A model generated the notes under the pieces. It was not told the DNA's origin. It did no database searches and worked only from the letters and a program-made list of their open reading frames with translations. Below, one piece after another: positions 47,845-58,578 of a DNA stretch of 64,000 nucleotides. Origin of the DNA: Verrucomicrobiales bacterium (GTDB lineage: Bacteria; Verrucomicrobiota; Verrucomicrobiia; Limisphaerales; UBA1100). The translations under genes were made by a program, and so were the position numbers. The stretch is taken from contig JAYOSV010000001.1 of the NCBI GenBank assembly GCA_038139415.1, forward strand, positions 94,536 to 158,535, in the 5' to 3' direction. Every line of letters begins with the position of its first letter. Position 1 is the stretch's first letter.

Positions 47845-50800
47845 ATGCTCGGATTTATTAAGAAAATTTTTGGCACGAAAAACGATCGCGAGATCAAGCG
47901 TATCGAGAAATCCTTGATCCAGCGTGTTTATGCTTACGCGGATCAATTGGAGGGCATGTCGGATGATGAACTCCGCGGACAAACTCGCGCGTGGCAGGAG
48001 GAGTTGGGCGCAATTGAGGATGATGATCAGCTTGCCCTGCGGTTGGATGAAATCATGCCGCAAGCCTTTGCGGTGGTAAAGGAAGGCGCCCGGCGGTTAT
48101 GCGGGAAAAATATTGATGTGCGTGGTCAAGAAGTGCTCTGGGAAATGGTTCACTTCGATGTGCAACTCATCGGCGGTTATGCTCTGCATAAACGGAATAT
48201 CGCAGAGATGGCGACCGGTGAAGGGAAAACCCTCGTAGCCACCTTGCCCGTTTATCTGAATGCTCTGGCCGGCCGCGGTGTGCATGTGGTGACGGTCAAC
48301 GATTACCTCGCCGCCCGTGACTCCGAATGGATGGGAGCACTTTACACCTACCTAGGCTTGACCGTGGGCTGTATTCAGCACGATCAACCGCCCAGTGCCC
48401 GTCGGGACATGTACAACCGTGATATTACCTACGGTACTAACGCGGAAATGGGCTTTGATTACTTGCGCGATAACGGCATGGCTCAAAGCGCCGAGGAGCA
48501 GGTGCAGCGCGGACATTACTTTGCCATTGTGGATGAGGTGGACTCGATCCTGATTGATGAAGCCCGCACCCCATTGATCATCAGTGGTCCGGCGCAAGTG
48601 AAGCAGGATCAACGGTTGTATTCCGAACTCAAACCACGCATTCAGGATCTGGTTCGACAACAAAAGAGGCTGTGCGACAAGTGCATTCGGGAAGCCAACG
48701 AGCTCATCACGAAACTGGGCGATTCTGAAAATGCAGAGATCGAGCACGAGATCGGTTTGCTGCTCTACCGGGTACAGCAAGGCCAGCCCAAGCATTCTGG
48801 ATTACTGGAGGCCAAGGTGGATCCAGCCAATCGCCGTCGATCGGAATTGGCGGAAATGGAGCTGCACAAGGACCAAACCAAAAAGCTCTTGTATGCTCAA
48901 AAAGAGGAACTCTTCTTTGCGATCGACGAGAAAAGCCATGATGCGGATCTCACTGAGAAAGGGCGTAGCTTCCTCAGCCCTAACGATTCAGAAGCCTTTA
49001 TGATGCCGGATACTGTGACCGCGCATCACGAAATTGATTCCGATGAATCCCTCTCGCCACAGGACAAGTTGGCCGAGAAACAGCGTGTGCAAGCCGCTGC
49101 CCAAGAGCGAGGCGAACGTATTCATGTGACCTCCCAGTTGCTTAAGGCCTACTGTCTCTACGAAAAAGATGTGCAGTACATTGTGCAGGATAACAAGGTG
49201 GTGATCGTGGACGAAAACACTGGTCGCCCGATGGAAGGCCGCCGCTGGAGCGATGGTCTGCATCAAGCCGTGGAATCCAAGGAAAGCGTCAGGATCGAAG
49301 AGGAAACACAGACCTACGCTACCATCACCATCCAGAATTACTTCCGCCTCTACACCAAGCTCGCCGGCATGACCGGTACAGCTGAAACCGAGCAGGCTGA
49401 ATTTTTTGACATCTACAAGCTTGGCGTACTCGTCATTCCGCCAAACCGTCCCTGTTTGCGTCAGGACAATGATGATTCCATTTATCTCACCGAGAAGGTG
49501 AAGTTTAAGGCAGTCGTCGAAGAGGTACGCCGATTAAACACCGAAGGGCGTCCCGTATTGGTGGGTACCGTGGCGGTGGAAACCAGTGAACACATTTCTC
49601 GGTTGCTAATGAAATCCCGCGTTCCGCACAGCGTGTTGAACGCGAAGTTCCACCAACAGGAAGCGGAGATTGTCGCCCGTGCTGGACAACGGGGTACGGT
49701 GACCATTGCCACCAACATGGCTGGGCGCGGTACGGATATCAAATTGGCCAAGGGCGTACCGGATCTCGGTGGCCTGCATGTGCTCGGCACGGAGCGCCAT
49801 GAATCGCGCCGGATCGATCGCCAGTTGCGCGGTCGTTGTGCGCGTCAGGGCGACCCTGGAAGCTCCCACTTCTTCCTTAGTCTCGAAGACGACCTGATGC
49901 GGCGTTACGGCAACAGCGAGAAGATGACCGGAATGCTCCAAAAAGTGGGCATGGAAGAGGACGAAGAAATTTCCCATCCGCTCCTAAACCGCTCCATCGA
50001 GAGCGCCCAAAAACGGGTTGAGCAACACCATTACCAAATCCGTCGTCGTACTCTGGAATATGACGACGTGATGAATAAGCAGCGCGAACAGCTCTACGGT
50101 TTTCGCAACAACATCATTAATGGAGACGATGTTCGCGATGTGATGTTTGATGTGGTGGAAGATGTGATCGTTAAACGCGTCGAATCCTACATGCCACAAG
50201 GCTTTGAGGGGGAAGATATTGGGTATGATTACACCGGGCTGGCTGCTTGGGTGAACCAAACCTTTCCGGTGGGCTTGGGCGAAGAAGAATTGAAGCAGAC
50301 CTCCGAGCAGGCTTCAGAAACGCCGCCTGAAGGCAGCATGTATGATGGTCTCACACGTGAGCAATACGCCCTTTGCCATTTCATCTTTGATGCCGTGCAG
50401 GAAGTTTACCGCGTAAAAATCAAAACCGAAGATCCGGAAGCTCTCGTGCACGTGGAGCGCCGTGCGATTCTGGTTTCCATCGACCGCCTTTGGCGCGAAC
50501 ACCTGTACGCAATGGATGGTCTGCGCCAATCGGTTCACCTCCGGTCTTACGGCCAGAAAGATCCATTGGTGGAATACAAAACCGAAGCGCGCGATATGTT
50601 CATGGATTTGATGGAGAACATTCGCGAGGAGGTTTGCCATAACATTTTCCGAAACGCCACCAGCCTTGAAGCCGCTGTTAATCTTATGCGCAGTCTCTCC
50701 GACAAAGCTAGTACGCAGATGGCCAACGCGCTCGGTCTTGATCCCTCCATTACACAGGCTGGCAATATCGTCAGCGAAGTCAATGCCGAGGTGAGCGGGG

Positions 50801-50916
50801 AACAGGGCTCAGCGGCTCCACGTCCTGTTCGATCAGGTCCCAAGGTGGGACGTAACGATCCATGCCCTTGCGGTAGCGGTAAAAAATACAAGAAATGCTG
50901 GCCTAATTGCCCGTGA
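47845..50916 (+). CDS. secA: Preprotein translocase ATPase SecA
   Basis: [51 protein letters not shown]. Confidence 0.98.
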   Translation: MLGFIKKIFGTKNDREIKRIEKSLIQRVYAYADQLEGMSDDELRGQTRAWQEELGAIEDDDQLALRLDEIMPQAFAVVKEGARRLCGKNIDVRGQEVLWEMVHFDVQLIGGYALHKRNIAEMATGEGKTLVATLPVYLNALAGRGVHVVTVNDYLAARDSEWMGALYTYLGLTVGCIQHDQPPSARRDMYNRDITYGTNAEMGFDYLRDNGMAQSAEEQVQRGHYFAIVDEVDSILIDEARTPLIISGPAQVKQDQRLYSELKPRIQDLVRQQKRLCDKCIREANELITKLGDSENAEIEHEIGLLLYRVQQGQPKHSGLLEAKVDPANRRRSELAEMELHKDQTKKLLYAQKEELFFAIDEKSHDADLTEKGRSFLSPNDSEAFMMPDTVTAHHEIDSDESLSPQDKLAEKQRVQAAAQERGERIHVTSQLLKAYCLYEKDVQYIVQDNKVVIVDENTGRPMEGRRWSDGLHQAVESKESVRIEEETQTYATITIQNYFRLYTKLAGMTGTAETEQAEFFDIYKLGVLVIPPNRPCLRQDNDDSIYLTEKVKFKAVVEEVRRLNTEGRPVLVGTVAVETSEHISRLLMKSRVPHSVLNAKFHQQEAEIVARAGQRGTVTIATNMAGRGTDIKLAKGVPDLGGLHVLGTERHESRRIDRQLRGRCARQGDPGSSHFFLSLEDDLMRRYGNSEKMTGMLQKVGMEEDEEISHPLLNRSIESAQKRVEQHHYQIRRRTLEYDDVMNKQREQLYGFRNNIINGDDVRDVMFDVVEDVIVKRVESYMPQGFEGEDIGYDYTGLAAWVNQTFPVGLGEEELKQTSEQASETPPEGSMYDGLTREQYALCHFIFDAVQEVYRVKIKTEDPEALVHVERRAILVSIDRLWREHLYAMDGLRQSVHLRSYGQKDPLVEYKTEARDMFMDLMENIREEVCHNIFRNATSLEAAVNLMRSLSDKASTQMANALGLDPSITQAGNIVSEVNAEVSGEQGSAAPRPVRSGPKVGRNDPCPCGSGKKYKKCWPNCP

Positions 50917-51848
50917 TCGACCCTGTTTCGATGCTCCGGCCCCGCCGGAAGATTCGCGGTATCTCCGCCATCCTGCTGCCGTTCCAGGGAAACGGCGACC
51001 CCGATTGGGCCGGATTCTCCGCGCATGTTCAGCGCACTGTGGCGGCCGGCTTGGCTCCGGCGGTGAACATGGATACCGGTTTCGGTAATCTCATTGATGA
51101 CTCCATTCGCCGCCGTGCATTGGAGTTGACGCAGGTGCAGACCAATGATTTTGTGGCCGGCGCATTCGTGGGCGATCAACCGGGCGCGACATTTAATGAC
51201 GGCGAATACCTTCGCCAAATGGAGATCATCCAAAGCCACGGCGGCACGCCGGTGATCTTTCAATCATTTGGTCTCACCGGCCAGGCTGATGAGGCTATTG
51301 TAGCCAGCTACGCGAAGCTCGCGAGCCACTCGGATGCCTTGATCGGGTTTGAGCTGAGCGATGTGTTTGCACCGTTTGGTAAGATTTACTCGATGGATGT
51401 TTATCGCGGTCTACTTGGGATCGAGCGATTAATCGGCTCGAAGCATTCCTCGCTAAATCGCGAGTTGGAATGGCAGCGGTTGTTGCTGCGCGACGAATTA
51501 CGACCTGAGTTTCACGTGTTTACCGGCAACGATTTGGCCATCGATATGGTAATGTACGGGAGCGATTACCTGCTCGGGCTGAGTACGTTCGCGCCGGATG
51601 TATTTGCCCGTCGCGATGCCGCTTGGGCTGCGGGGGATCGGGCATTTTATGAATTGAACGATTGGCTGCAGTACCTTGGATTTCTCACCTTCCGCCCGCC
51701 GGTGCCTGCCTACAAACATTCGGCAGCGATGTTTCTCAAATTGCGTGGGCAAATCGAGTGCGATCACACGCACCCACAATCACCCGGTCGCCCGGAAAGC
51801 GATCGCGATATTCTGCGGCATATCGTCGAGCAAATTCCCGCGGCATGA
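50913..51848 (+). CDS. Dihydrodipicolinate synthase-like (beta/alpha)8 protein
   Basis: [37 protein letters not shown] overlap with the secA stop. Confidence 0.75.
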   Translation: MIDPVSMLRPRRKIRGISAILLPFQGNGDPDWAGFSAHVQRTVAAGLAPAVNMDTGFGNLIDDSIRRRALELTQVQTNDFVAGAFVGDQPGATFNDGEYLRQMEIIQSHGGTPVIFQSFGLTGQADEAIVASYAKLASHSDALIGFELSDVFAPFGKIYSMDVYRGLLGIERLIGSKHSSLNRELEWQRLLLRDELRPEFHVFTGNDLAIDMVMYGSDYLLGLSTFAPDVFARRDAAWAAGDRAFYELNDWLQYLGFLTFRPPVPAYKHSAAMFLKLRGQIECDHTHPQSPGRPESDRDILRHIVEQIPAA

Positions 51849-53317
51849 GTGCTCCGTTCAAGCTGACGCGCATTCCGTCATTGAAGACGGTGGACGCGTT
51901 TCGCGCGCACGTTTCTTCCTTGGGAATCGAGATTCCTTGTGAGGATGAAATCGCAGGGAACGATTCCCCCATCGGCCAACCGTTGACGACGCTCACGGTG
52001 AACGGCAAAACCCTCGGCAACCGGATTGCGCTGCACCCGATGGAGGGTTGGGATGGCACGGTCGATGGCGGGGTGACGGATCCCATGCGCCGGCGTTGGC
52101 GGCGGTTTGGCGAGAGTGGCGCGAAATTGATTTGCGGCGTGGAAGCCATGGCGGTGCGGCCGGATGGACGCGCCAATCCGAATCAGCTGATCATTAACGA
52201 AGCCAATCAAGCCGGCTTGGTCGAACTGCGCGATCTGTTACTCGCAGCCCATCGCGAAAAGTACGGGACCACCGACGACTTGGCTATGGGTTTTCAGTTA
52301 ACGCATTCCGGGCGCTTTTGCCGTCCGAACGGGAAGTTTACCTACGAACCGCGCATTGCGTATCGGCATCCGATTTTGGATGATAAATTCAAGGTGCAAA
52401 GCGATGCGGCTATGTGGACGGATGCTGAGGTTGAGGAGCTGATTGCTGATTATGTGCGCGCCGCGAGGATTGCGCGTGAGGTGGGTGCGGATTTCGTGGA
52501 CCTCAAGCATTGCCACGGATATTTACTGCACGAGTTTCTGGGCGCTCACACGCGTGAAGGGAAATTTGGCGGCAGCTTTGCAAACCGCACGCGCATTCTA
52601 CGCGAGATCGTGGCGGGAATTCGGGCGGAAGGAAACCAGATCGATCTTGCCGTGCGCTTGAGCACCTTTGACATGGTGCCGCACCGGCCGGATCCCGAAC
52701 TCTCAACACCAGGCAAACTCGGCCCCGGCATTCCCGAAGAACACACCACGCCGTACCCGTATCAATTTGGCGTGAACCCGGATGATCCAACGCAAATCGA
52801 TCTAAGGGAGACGGTTGCGTTTGTGAATCTTTGTGGTGAACTGGGCATCAAGCTACTCAACACCACCGCCGGTTCGCCTTACTACACTCCGCATCTCCAA
52901 CGGCCGGCAGCGTACCCGCCGAGCGACGGCTATCAGCCGGCGTACGATCCGTTAATTGATTTGGCGCGCCAGATTGAAGTGGTGCGTCACTTGAAGGCGG
53001 GTCTACCCGAAGGTATGGCAATCATCGCGTCTGGGCTCAGTTATCTTCAGGAATACCTTCCGCACGTGTGCCAAGCTTTGCTGCGTGACAACTGGACGGA
53101 CTGTGTCGGATTGGGCCGGGTGGTCCTGAGCTATCCGGATATTCTCGCTGCCGCGATAGAGCAGGGTGGTTTGGAGAAACGGTTGATCTGCCGGACATTC
53201 AGCGATTGCACCACCGCTCCGCGGAAAGGTCTACCGAGTGGCTGTTTTCCACTGGATGATTTCTATGCACAGAGCGCAACAGCCGCGGAATTGAAGGCCA
53301 AAAAAAAGGCGGGCTAA
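51845..53317 (+). CDS. NADH:flavin oxidoreductase (old yellow enzyme family)
   Basis: [33 protein letters not shown]. Confidence 0.9.
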   Translation: MSAPFKLTRIPSLKTVDAFRAHVSSLGIEIPCEDEIAGNDSPIGQPLTTLTVNGKTLGNRIALHPMEGWDGTVDGGVTDPMRRRWRRFGESGAKLICGVEAMAVRPDGRANPNQLIINEANQAGLVELRDLLLAAHREKYGTTDDLAMGFQLTHSGRFCRPNGKFTYEPRIAYRHPILDDKFKVQSDAAMWTDAEVEELIADYVRAARIAREVGADFVDLKHCHGYLLHEFLGAHTREGKFGGSFANRTRILREIVAGIRAEGNQIDLAVRLSTFDMVPHRPDPELSTPGKLGPGIPEEHTTPYPYQFGVNPDDPTQIDLRETVAFVNLCGELGIKLLNTTAGSPYYTPHLQRPAAYPPSDGYQPAYDPLIDLARQIEVVRHLKAGLPEGMAIIASGLSYLQEYLPHVCQALLRDNWTDCVGLGRVVLSYPDILAAAIEQGGLEKRLICRTFSDCTTAPRKGLPSGCFPLDDFYAQSATAAELKAKKKAG

Positions 53318-53326
53318 ACCCGCCTT
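53300..53326 (-). terminator. Terminator for the pilin-like gene
   Basis: GGCGGG-CTAAA-CCCGCC with an A8 tract on the left. Confidence 0.65.
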
Positions 53327-53338
53327 AAATCGCTCGGC

Positions 53339-54103
53339 TTACCACCAAGTAAAATTAGGGTCGGGCGCCGCCATGTTTCCGTGAGGCGGAGGCGCGATCC
53401 AATCAAGCATTTGTTTAGTGGGCGGAAAGACAAATTCTTCCACGTGCATGTCACCATACAACATAATGTGCCGACCTTCACCTTCCTGACCATGCCAAGT
53501 GTCCTCGCGGTCATACGGCCAATTCCAGTCCCCTTGAATTATTTTATTAGAGGTGCTTTGGACCATTTCGGATTCGTGCATGGATGTGGCTTCATAGCTA
53601 CCTTCTTTTTCGCTCTTTTCTCCTAATACACGTTGGACGCGAAACATATCGTCGGCAACTTGTACCTGATAGCTATTTCCGAATTGTTCCCAGCAGCTGC
53701 CAACATTATATGCTCCACCGCCGATATCCGCAGGATCATGAAATATTTCCAAATTTCCAGAGACATACTTATTCAACGGGCGCTCCTCTTCGGGAACTTT
53801 GGCTCCGTATAGTTGGGCCACTACAGGCGGGAGTGGGCCTTTGGCGCCTGTAGCTCCACCAACTTGTCCGCCAACTCCAGCCGGACCGTTTACCTCCGGG
53901 AACCAGCCATCATAATCGCCCAAGTATTCGGTGTAGGCGTTGCCGATTTGACGTTGATTATTGATGCTCTGGGTTTTTCGGACTTTGATTTTTGCTTTAG
54001 CTAAAACGGGCAAGAGTAACGCAGCCAGAATCCCAATGATGGCGATGACGACGAGTAGTTCGATTAGGGTGAAACCAGTTTTGCGTTTGTTTTGGTGAAT
54101 CAT
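53339..54103 (-). CDS. Prepilin-type N-methylation domain protein (PVC DUF1559/H-X9-DG-like)
   Basis: [28 protein letters not shown]-terminal WH...MLYGDMHV. Confidence 0.9.
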   Translation of the reverse strand: MIHQNKRKTGFTLIELLVVIAIIGILAALLLPVLAKAKIKVRKTQSINNQRQIGNAYTEYLGDYDGWFPEVNGPAGVGGQVGGATGAKGPLPPVVAQLYGAKVPEEERPLNKYVSGNLEIFHDPADIGGGAYNVGSCWEQFGNSYQVQVADDMFRVQRVLGEKSEKEGSYEATSMHESEMVQSTSNKIIQGDWNWPYDREDTWHGQEGEGRHIMLYGDMHVEEFVFPPTKQMLDWIAPPPHGNMAAPDPNFTWW

Positions 54104-54253
54104 GGATTCAATACTCCTTCCCTTCACACTAGTCCAAAATGACCCCATGGTAAAGCATACGATGTGTTTGAGCCGGTCGTTACGGTTTTTTGCGGTTTGA
54201 CACCCCCGAAGTGCGCGCCTATAAGTCGGCTTTCAACCCAACAAAATAATATT

Positions 54254-54751
54254 ATGGCTATCGAAGTTGGCTCTAAAGCCCCAAATTTTACACTCAAAAC
54301 TAGCAACGGCCCTGGCGAGAAAGATGATTTTGGTCTCTCGGATGTGACGTTGAGTTCCAATTACGGTGAGAAAAACACGGTAGTGCTTTTCGTGCCGTTG
54401 GCCTTCACCGGTGTTTGCACCGGTGAGTTGTGCGACATCACTGCCGGACTGGGCAGCTACACCGATCTGAATGCGGACGTGATTGCGATTAGCGTGGATA
54501 GTCCATTTGCTCAGGGTCAGTGGGCGGAAAAGGAAAACATCGGCATCACTTTGGCCAGCGATTTGAACAAGCAAACGGCCAAGGATTACGGTGTGTTGCT
54601 TGACGATCTCATCGGCTTGGGCAGTGTGAGTGCGCGTGCAGCCTTCGTTATCGACAAGGAAGGCACTGTGCAATACGCCGAGCAAACGGCCACACCACTG
54701 GAGCTACCCAACTTCGAGGCAGTGAAGGAAACACTCGCTAAGCTGAACTAG
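54254..54751 (+). CDS. Peroxiredoxin (AhpC/TSA family, AhpE-like)
   Basis: PLAFTGVCTGELC, ISVDSPF, RAAFVIDKEG. Confidence 0.92.
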   Translation: MAIEVGSKAPNFTLKTSNGPGEKDDFGLSDVTLSSNYGEKNTVVLFVPLAFTGVCTGELCDITAGLGSYTDLNADVIAISVDSPFAQGQWAEKENIGITLASDLNKQTAKDYGVLLDDLIGLGSVSARAAFVIDKEGTVQYAEQTATPLELPNFEAVKETLAKLN

Positions 54752-54783
54752 ACTGGCACGCCAGATTTTGGCAAAAACTTTAC

Positions 54784-54808
54784 AGAGGCCTTCGGGCCTC
54801 TTTTTTTT
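54784..54808 (+). terminator. Terminator after the peroxiredoxin gene
   Basis: AGAGGCC-TTCG-GGCCTCT-T7. Confidence 0.9.
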
Positions 54809-54854
54809 GTCATCTTGAAAAAAGGCCTTCATTGCGGTAACTTTAAAGGGGTAT

Positions 54855-55679
54855 ATGGTGATGCGTGGTGGGTTCATATTGCTGTGGTTAGCGGGATTGG
54901 CGTGGGGCGCAGAGAATGGCGCCGTGGAGCGGCGGCCCGATGGGCTATGGTATCTCCCCAACCAAAGTGTGCCTTACACCGGCAAGGCTGAGCGTATGCA
55001 TTTTGATGGCACCCGCATTTCGCTGATTCATTATTATGAAGGCAAACAGCATGGCCTAACACAATTTTGGTATCCCAACGGCAAACCCCGCTCGGCGTTT
55101 CAGTACATTGAAGGTCAGCTTGATGGGAACGCCACCTACTTTTACCGCAATGGCAATCGCCAGAACCTCACCACTTACCGGATGGGAGCAAAGCACGGGC
55201 CGGTGATTGACTGGTGGCCGGAAGGGGAGAAGAGTTTTGAGGAGCATTATAACAATGGCGTGCCCGAAGGCCTGTGGAAGAGTTGGTGGCCTGATGGCAA
55301 AATTGCCAGCGAGAAAATTTACAAGAATCGCCGGCTGGTATCCCATCGCGAATGGAATCGAGATGGGATGCCCAAAGTGGTGGCGGGTTGGAATTTGGAT
55401 GGCACCTTCAAGTCCGCTGCTTCGGTGGCCCAACGCCAACAAATCCTAGGGCGCCGAATTCTCTGGAATCGAGTCAGCGGCCCCAATCGTATTGATCTCA
55501 TTTATCGGGATAAACCGCTGAAGACCATCCGTACGGTGTTTGGGGATCCGGATGTGACCGATGACGGGCTTTGGACTTACAAAGGGCTGCGCATTCAGGA
55601 TCCCTCCGATGGGCGGATCTTCGACACCGCCTCATTTCGATTCAAGAAAGGGATGGTCACGGAAATCTGGATCGAGTAG
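54855..55679 (+). CDS. Exported MORN-variant repeat (YwqK-like) protein
   Basis: Signal peptide; repeats of YxxGxxHG/DG...W/YYxNG. Confidence 0.85.
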   Translation: MVMRGGFILLWLAGLAWGAENGAVERRPDGLWYLPNQSVPYTGKAERMHFDGTRISLIHYYEGKQHGLTQFWYPNGKPRSAFQYIEGQLDGNATYFYRNGNRQNLTTYRMGAKHGPVIDWWPEGEKSFEEHYNNGVPEGLWKSWWPDGKIASEKIYKNRRLVSHREWNRDGMPKVVAGWNLDGTFKSAASVAQRQQILGRRILWNRVSGPNRIDLIYRDKPLKTIRTVFGDPDVTDDGLWTYKGLRIQDPSDGRIFDTASFRFKKGMVTEIWIE

Positions 55680-55802
55680 CTCCCTTGACAGGTGCGGCCT
55701 TTCTCCCGCATTTTAAGTGAATCGAATGAGTGCACACGATTCGTTTGAGCCCGGCATTGGTGCCAGGGAAATCCCTTATTGGTTAATTTTTTCGGATTTA
55801 GC

Positions 55803-58574
55803 ATGAGCATATATCAGGAATACGTCGCAGAGGTTGAGGATCGCAAGACGCAGGGGTTGCACCCAAAACCGATCGATAGCGATACGTTGGTGGCCGAAAT
55901 CGTCACGCAAATCAAAGATGCGGGTCACAAGCATCGTGCCGATTCGTTGCATTACTTGATTTATAATACATTGCCGGGCACGACCAGTGCTGCGGGTGAG
56001 AAGGCGCGTTTTTTGGAGGAGATCATTCTCGGTAAAACCGAGGTGGAGGAAATATCACCGACGTTTGCCTTTGAGTTGTTATCCCATATGAAAGGTGGGC
56101 CTTCTATCGAGGTGCTTTTAAATCTCGCCTTGGGGAAGGATGCGGCGATTGCCGAACAGGCGGCTGCCGTGCTGAAGACACAGGTATTTCTCTACGATGC
56201 GGATACCGAGCGCTTGGAGACGGCTTATGGTGAAGGGAGCAAAATCGCCAAAAACATTTTGGAAAGCTACGCGGAGGCAGAGTTCTTTACGAAACTGCCG
56301 GATGTGCCGGAGACGATTGAGGTGGTGACGTATGTGGCGGGGGTAGGGGATATTTCTACTGACTTACTTTCACCTGGCAACCAGGCGCATTCGCGGTCGG
56401 ACCGTGAGCTGCACGGCAAATCCATGATCTCCGAGGTGGCACAAAACGAAATCAAGGCGCTGCAGGAAGAGCATCCAGGCAAGAGCGTCATGTTAGTGGC
56501 CGAGAAGGGGACGATGGGTGTGGGGTCTTCTCGCATGTCTGGCGTGAACAATGTCGCCCTCTGGACCGGCAGACAGGCGAGCCCGTATGTGCCGTTCGTG
56601 AATATTTTCCCGGTCGTGGCCGGAACTAACGGCATTTCCCCGATCTTCCTGACGACGGTTAGTGTGACGGGTGGTATCGGTATTGATCTTAAGAATTGGG
56701 AAAAGAAAAAGGATGCCGAGGGTAACCCCGTGCTCGATGAAAACGGTGACCCAAAACTGAAGCAGATCTACACCGTGGACACCGGAACGGTCCTGACCAT
56801 CAACACTGCGGACAAAAAATTATATGGAGGCGATCAAGAGCTGATCGATATTTCGCGCGCCCTGACACCGCAGAAAGTGGAGTTCATTAAAGCCGGTGGA
56901 TCGTATGCTGTGGTCTTTGGCAAGAAGCTCCAAAGTTTTGCTGCCAAGACACTCGGGGTGGAATTAACGCCGGTTTTTGCCCCGTCCAAAGAGATATCCC
57001 ACGAAGGTCAGGGGCTGACAGCCGCGGAGAAAATTTTCAATCGAAACGCCGTCGGCGTGGCTGATGATGTGGTGTTGCATGCCGGATCCGATATCCGTGT
57101 GGAAGTGAATATCGTCGGTTCGCAGGATACCACCGGCCTGATGACCTCTCAGGAATTGGAGGCCATGGCGGCAACCGTGATTTCGCCGACTGTTGATGCC
57201 GCCTATCAATCGGGGTGTCATACCGCTTCAGTATGGGACAAGAAAGCGCAGGCTAATATCCCACGCCTCATGAGTTTCATGAACGATTTCGGGCTGATCA
57301 CCGGCCGTGATCCCGATGGCGAATATCATGCCATGACCGATGTCATCCACAAGGTCCTCAACGACCTCACAGTGGATGAATGGGCGATCATTATCGGTGG
57401 CGATTCCCATACGCGTATGTCCAAGGGCGTCGCGTTTGGGGCAGACTCCGGGACGGTCGCGCTGGCACTCGCCACCGGCGAGGCTTCGATGCCGATTCCT
57501 GAATCGGTAAAAGTCACCTTCAAGGGCGAATTGAAACCTTTTGTGGATTTCCGTGACGTCGTGCATGCTACTCAGGATCAGATGCTGGATCAATTCGCCG
57601 GCGAGAACGTATTCCAAGGGCGGGTGATTGAAGTTCACATTGGCACGTTGCCTTCAGACAAGGCCTTTACCTTTACTGACTGGACTGCGGAAATGAAGGC
57701 TAAGGCCTCCATTTGTATTTCGCAGGATGATACGTTGATCGAGTCCCTAGAAATCGCCAAGCACCGGATCGAGATTATGATCAAGAAGGGGATGGATAAC
57801 GAGAAACAGGTACTTCAAGGGCTGGTGGACAGCGCTGAAAAACGCATCGCAGAAATCCGTTCCGGCGAAAAACCGGCCCTCACTCCTGATGCCGATGCCA
57901 ATTATTACGCGGAATTTACCGTGGACCTTGATCAGGTGGTTGAGCCGATGATTGCGGATCCGGATGTTCATAATGATGACGTTTCCAAGCGCTACACCCA
58001 CGACACGATTCGTCCGCTCTCCTTTTACAAAGGGGAGAAGGCCGTCGACCTTGGTTTTTTGGGTTCCTGCATGGTTCACAAGGGGGATTTAAAGATCCTT
58101 TCACAGATGTTGGTGAATTTGGAAAAACAAAAGGGCAGCATTGAGTTCAATGCACCCCTGATCGTGGCCGCGCCGACCTATAACATCATCGATGAACTCA
58201 AGGAGGAAGGCGACTGGGATACGCTGCAAAAGTACTCTGGGTTCGAATTCAATGATGACGCCCCCAAGGGGGATGCGCGTTTGGAGTACGAAAATATGAT
58301 GTACCTCGAGCGGCCAGGATGCAATCTATGCATGGGCAATCAGGAGAAGGCTGCCAAAGGGGATACCGTCATGGCCACTTCCACGCGCTTGTTCCAAGGC
58401 CGCGTGGTGGAGGATTCCGAACAGAAAAAAGGCGAATCCTTGCTCTCCTCAACACCGGTCGTCGTGCTTTCGGCAATTTTGGGGAGAACCCCCAGCTTCG
58501 AGGAATATAAGGCTGCTGTGGAAGGAATCGATCTGACGACCTTTGCGCCGCCTGAGGAAGAAATGGTGGCTTAA
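55803..58574 (+). CDS. acnB: Aconitate hydratase B
   Basis: STDLLSP, GVGSSR, GSQDTTG, GGDSHTRM, GSCMVH, PGCNLCMGNQ. Confidence 0.95.
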   Translation: MSIYQEYVAEVEDRKTQGLHPKPIDSDTLVAEIVTQIKDAGHKHRADSLHYLIYNTLPGTTSAAGEKARFLEEIILGKTEVEEISPTFAFELLSHMKGGPSIEVLLNLALGKDAAIAEQAAAVLKTQVFLYDADTERLETAYGEGSKIAKNILESYAEAEFFTKLPDVPETIEVVTYVAGVGDISTDLLSPGNQAHSRSDRELHGKSMISEVAQNEIKALQEEHPGKSVMLVAEKGTMGVGSSRMSGVNNVALWTGRQASPYVPFVNIFPVVAGTNGISPIFLTTVSVTGGIGIDLKNWEKKKDAEGNPVLDENGDPKLKQIYTVDTGTVLTINTADKKLYGGDQELIDISRALTPQKVEFIKAGGSYAVVFGKKLQSFAAKTLGVELTPVFAPSKEISHEGQGLTAAEKIFNRNAVGVADDVVLHAGSDIRVEVNIVGSQDTTGLMTSQELEAMAATVISPTVDAAYQSGCHTASVWDKKAQANIPRLMSFMNDFGLITGRDPDGEYHAMTDVIHKVLNDLTVDEWAIIIGGDSHTRMSKGVAFGADSGTVALALATGEASMPIPESVKVTFKGELKPFVDFRDVVHATQDQMLDQFAGENVFQGRVIEVHIGTLPSDKAFTFTDWTAEMKAKASICISQDDTLIESLEIAKHRIEIMIKKGMDNEKQVLQGLVDSAEKRIAEIRSGEKPALTPDADANYYAEFTVDLDQVVEPMIADPDVHNDDVSKRYTHDTIRPLSFYKGEKAVDLGFLGSCMVHKGDLKILSQMLVNLEKQKGSIEFNAPLIVAAPTYNIIDELKEEGDWDTLQKYSGFEFNDDAPKGDARLEYENMMYLERPGCNLCMGNQEKAAKGDTVMATSTRLFQGRVVEDSEQKKGESLLSSTPVVVLSAILGRTPSFEEYKAAVEGIDLTTFAPPEEEMVA

Positions 58575-58578
58575 CCTC

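Noticed and set aside
54855..55679. YwqK-like protein as an antitoxin of a toxin-antitoxin pair
   Set aside because: No adjacent toxin gene; an exported MORN-variant repeat protein is sufficient explanation.
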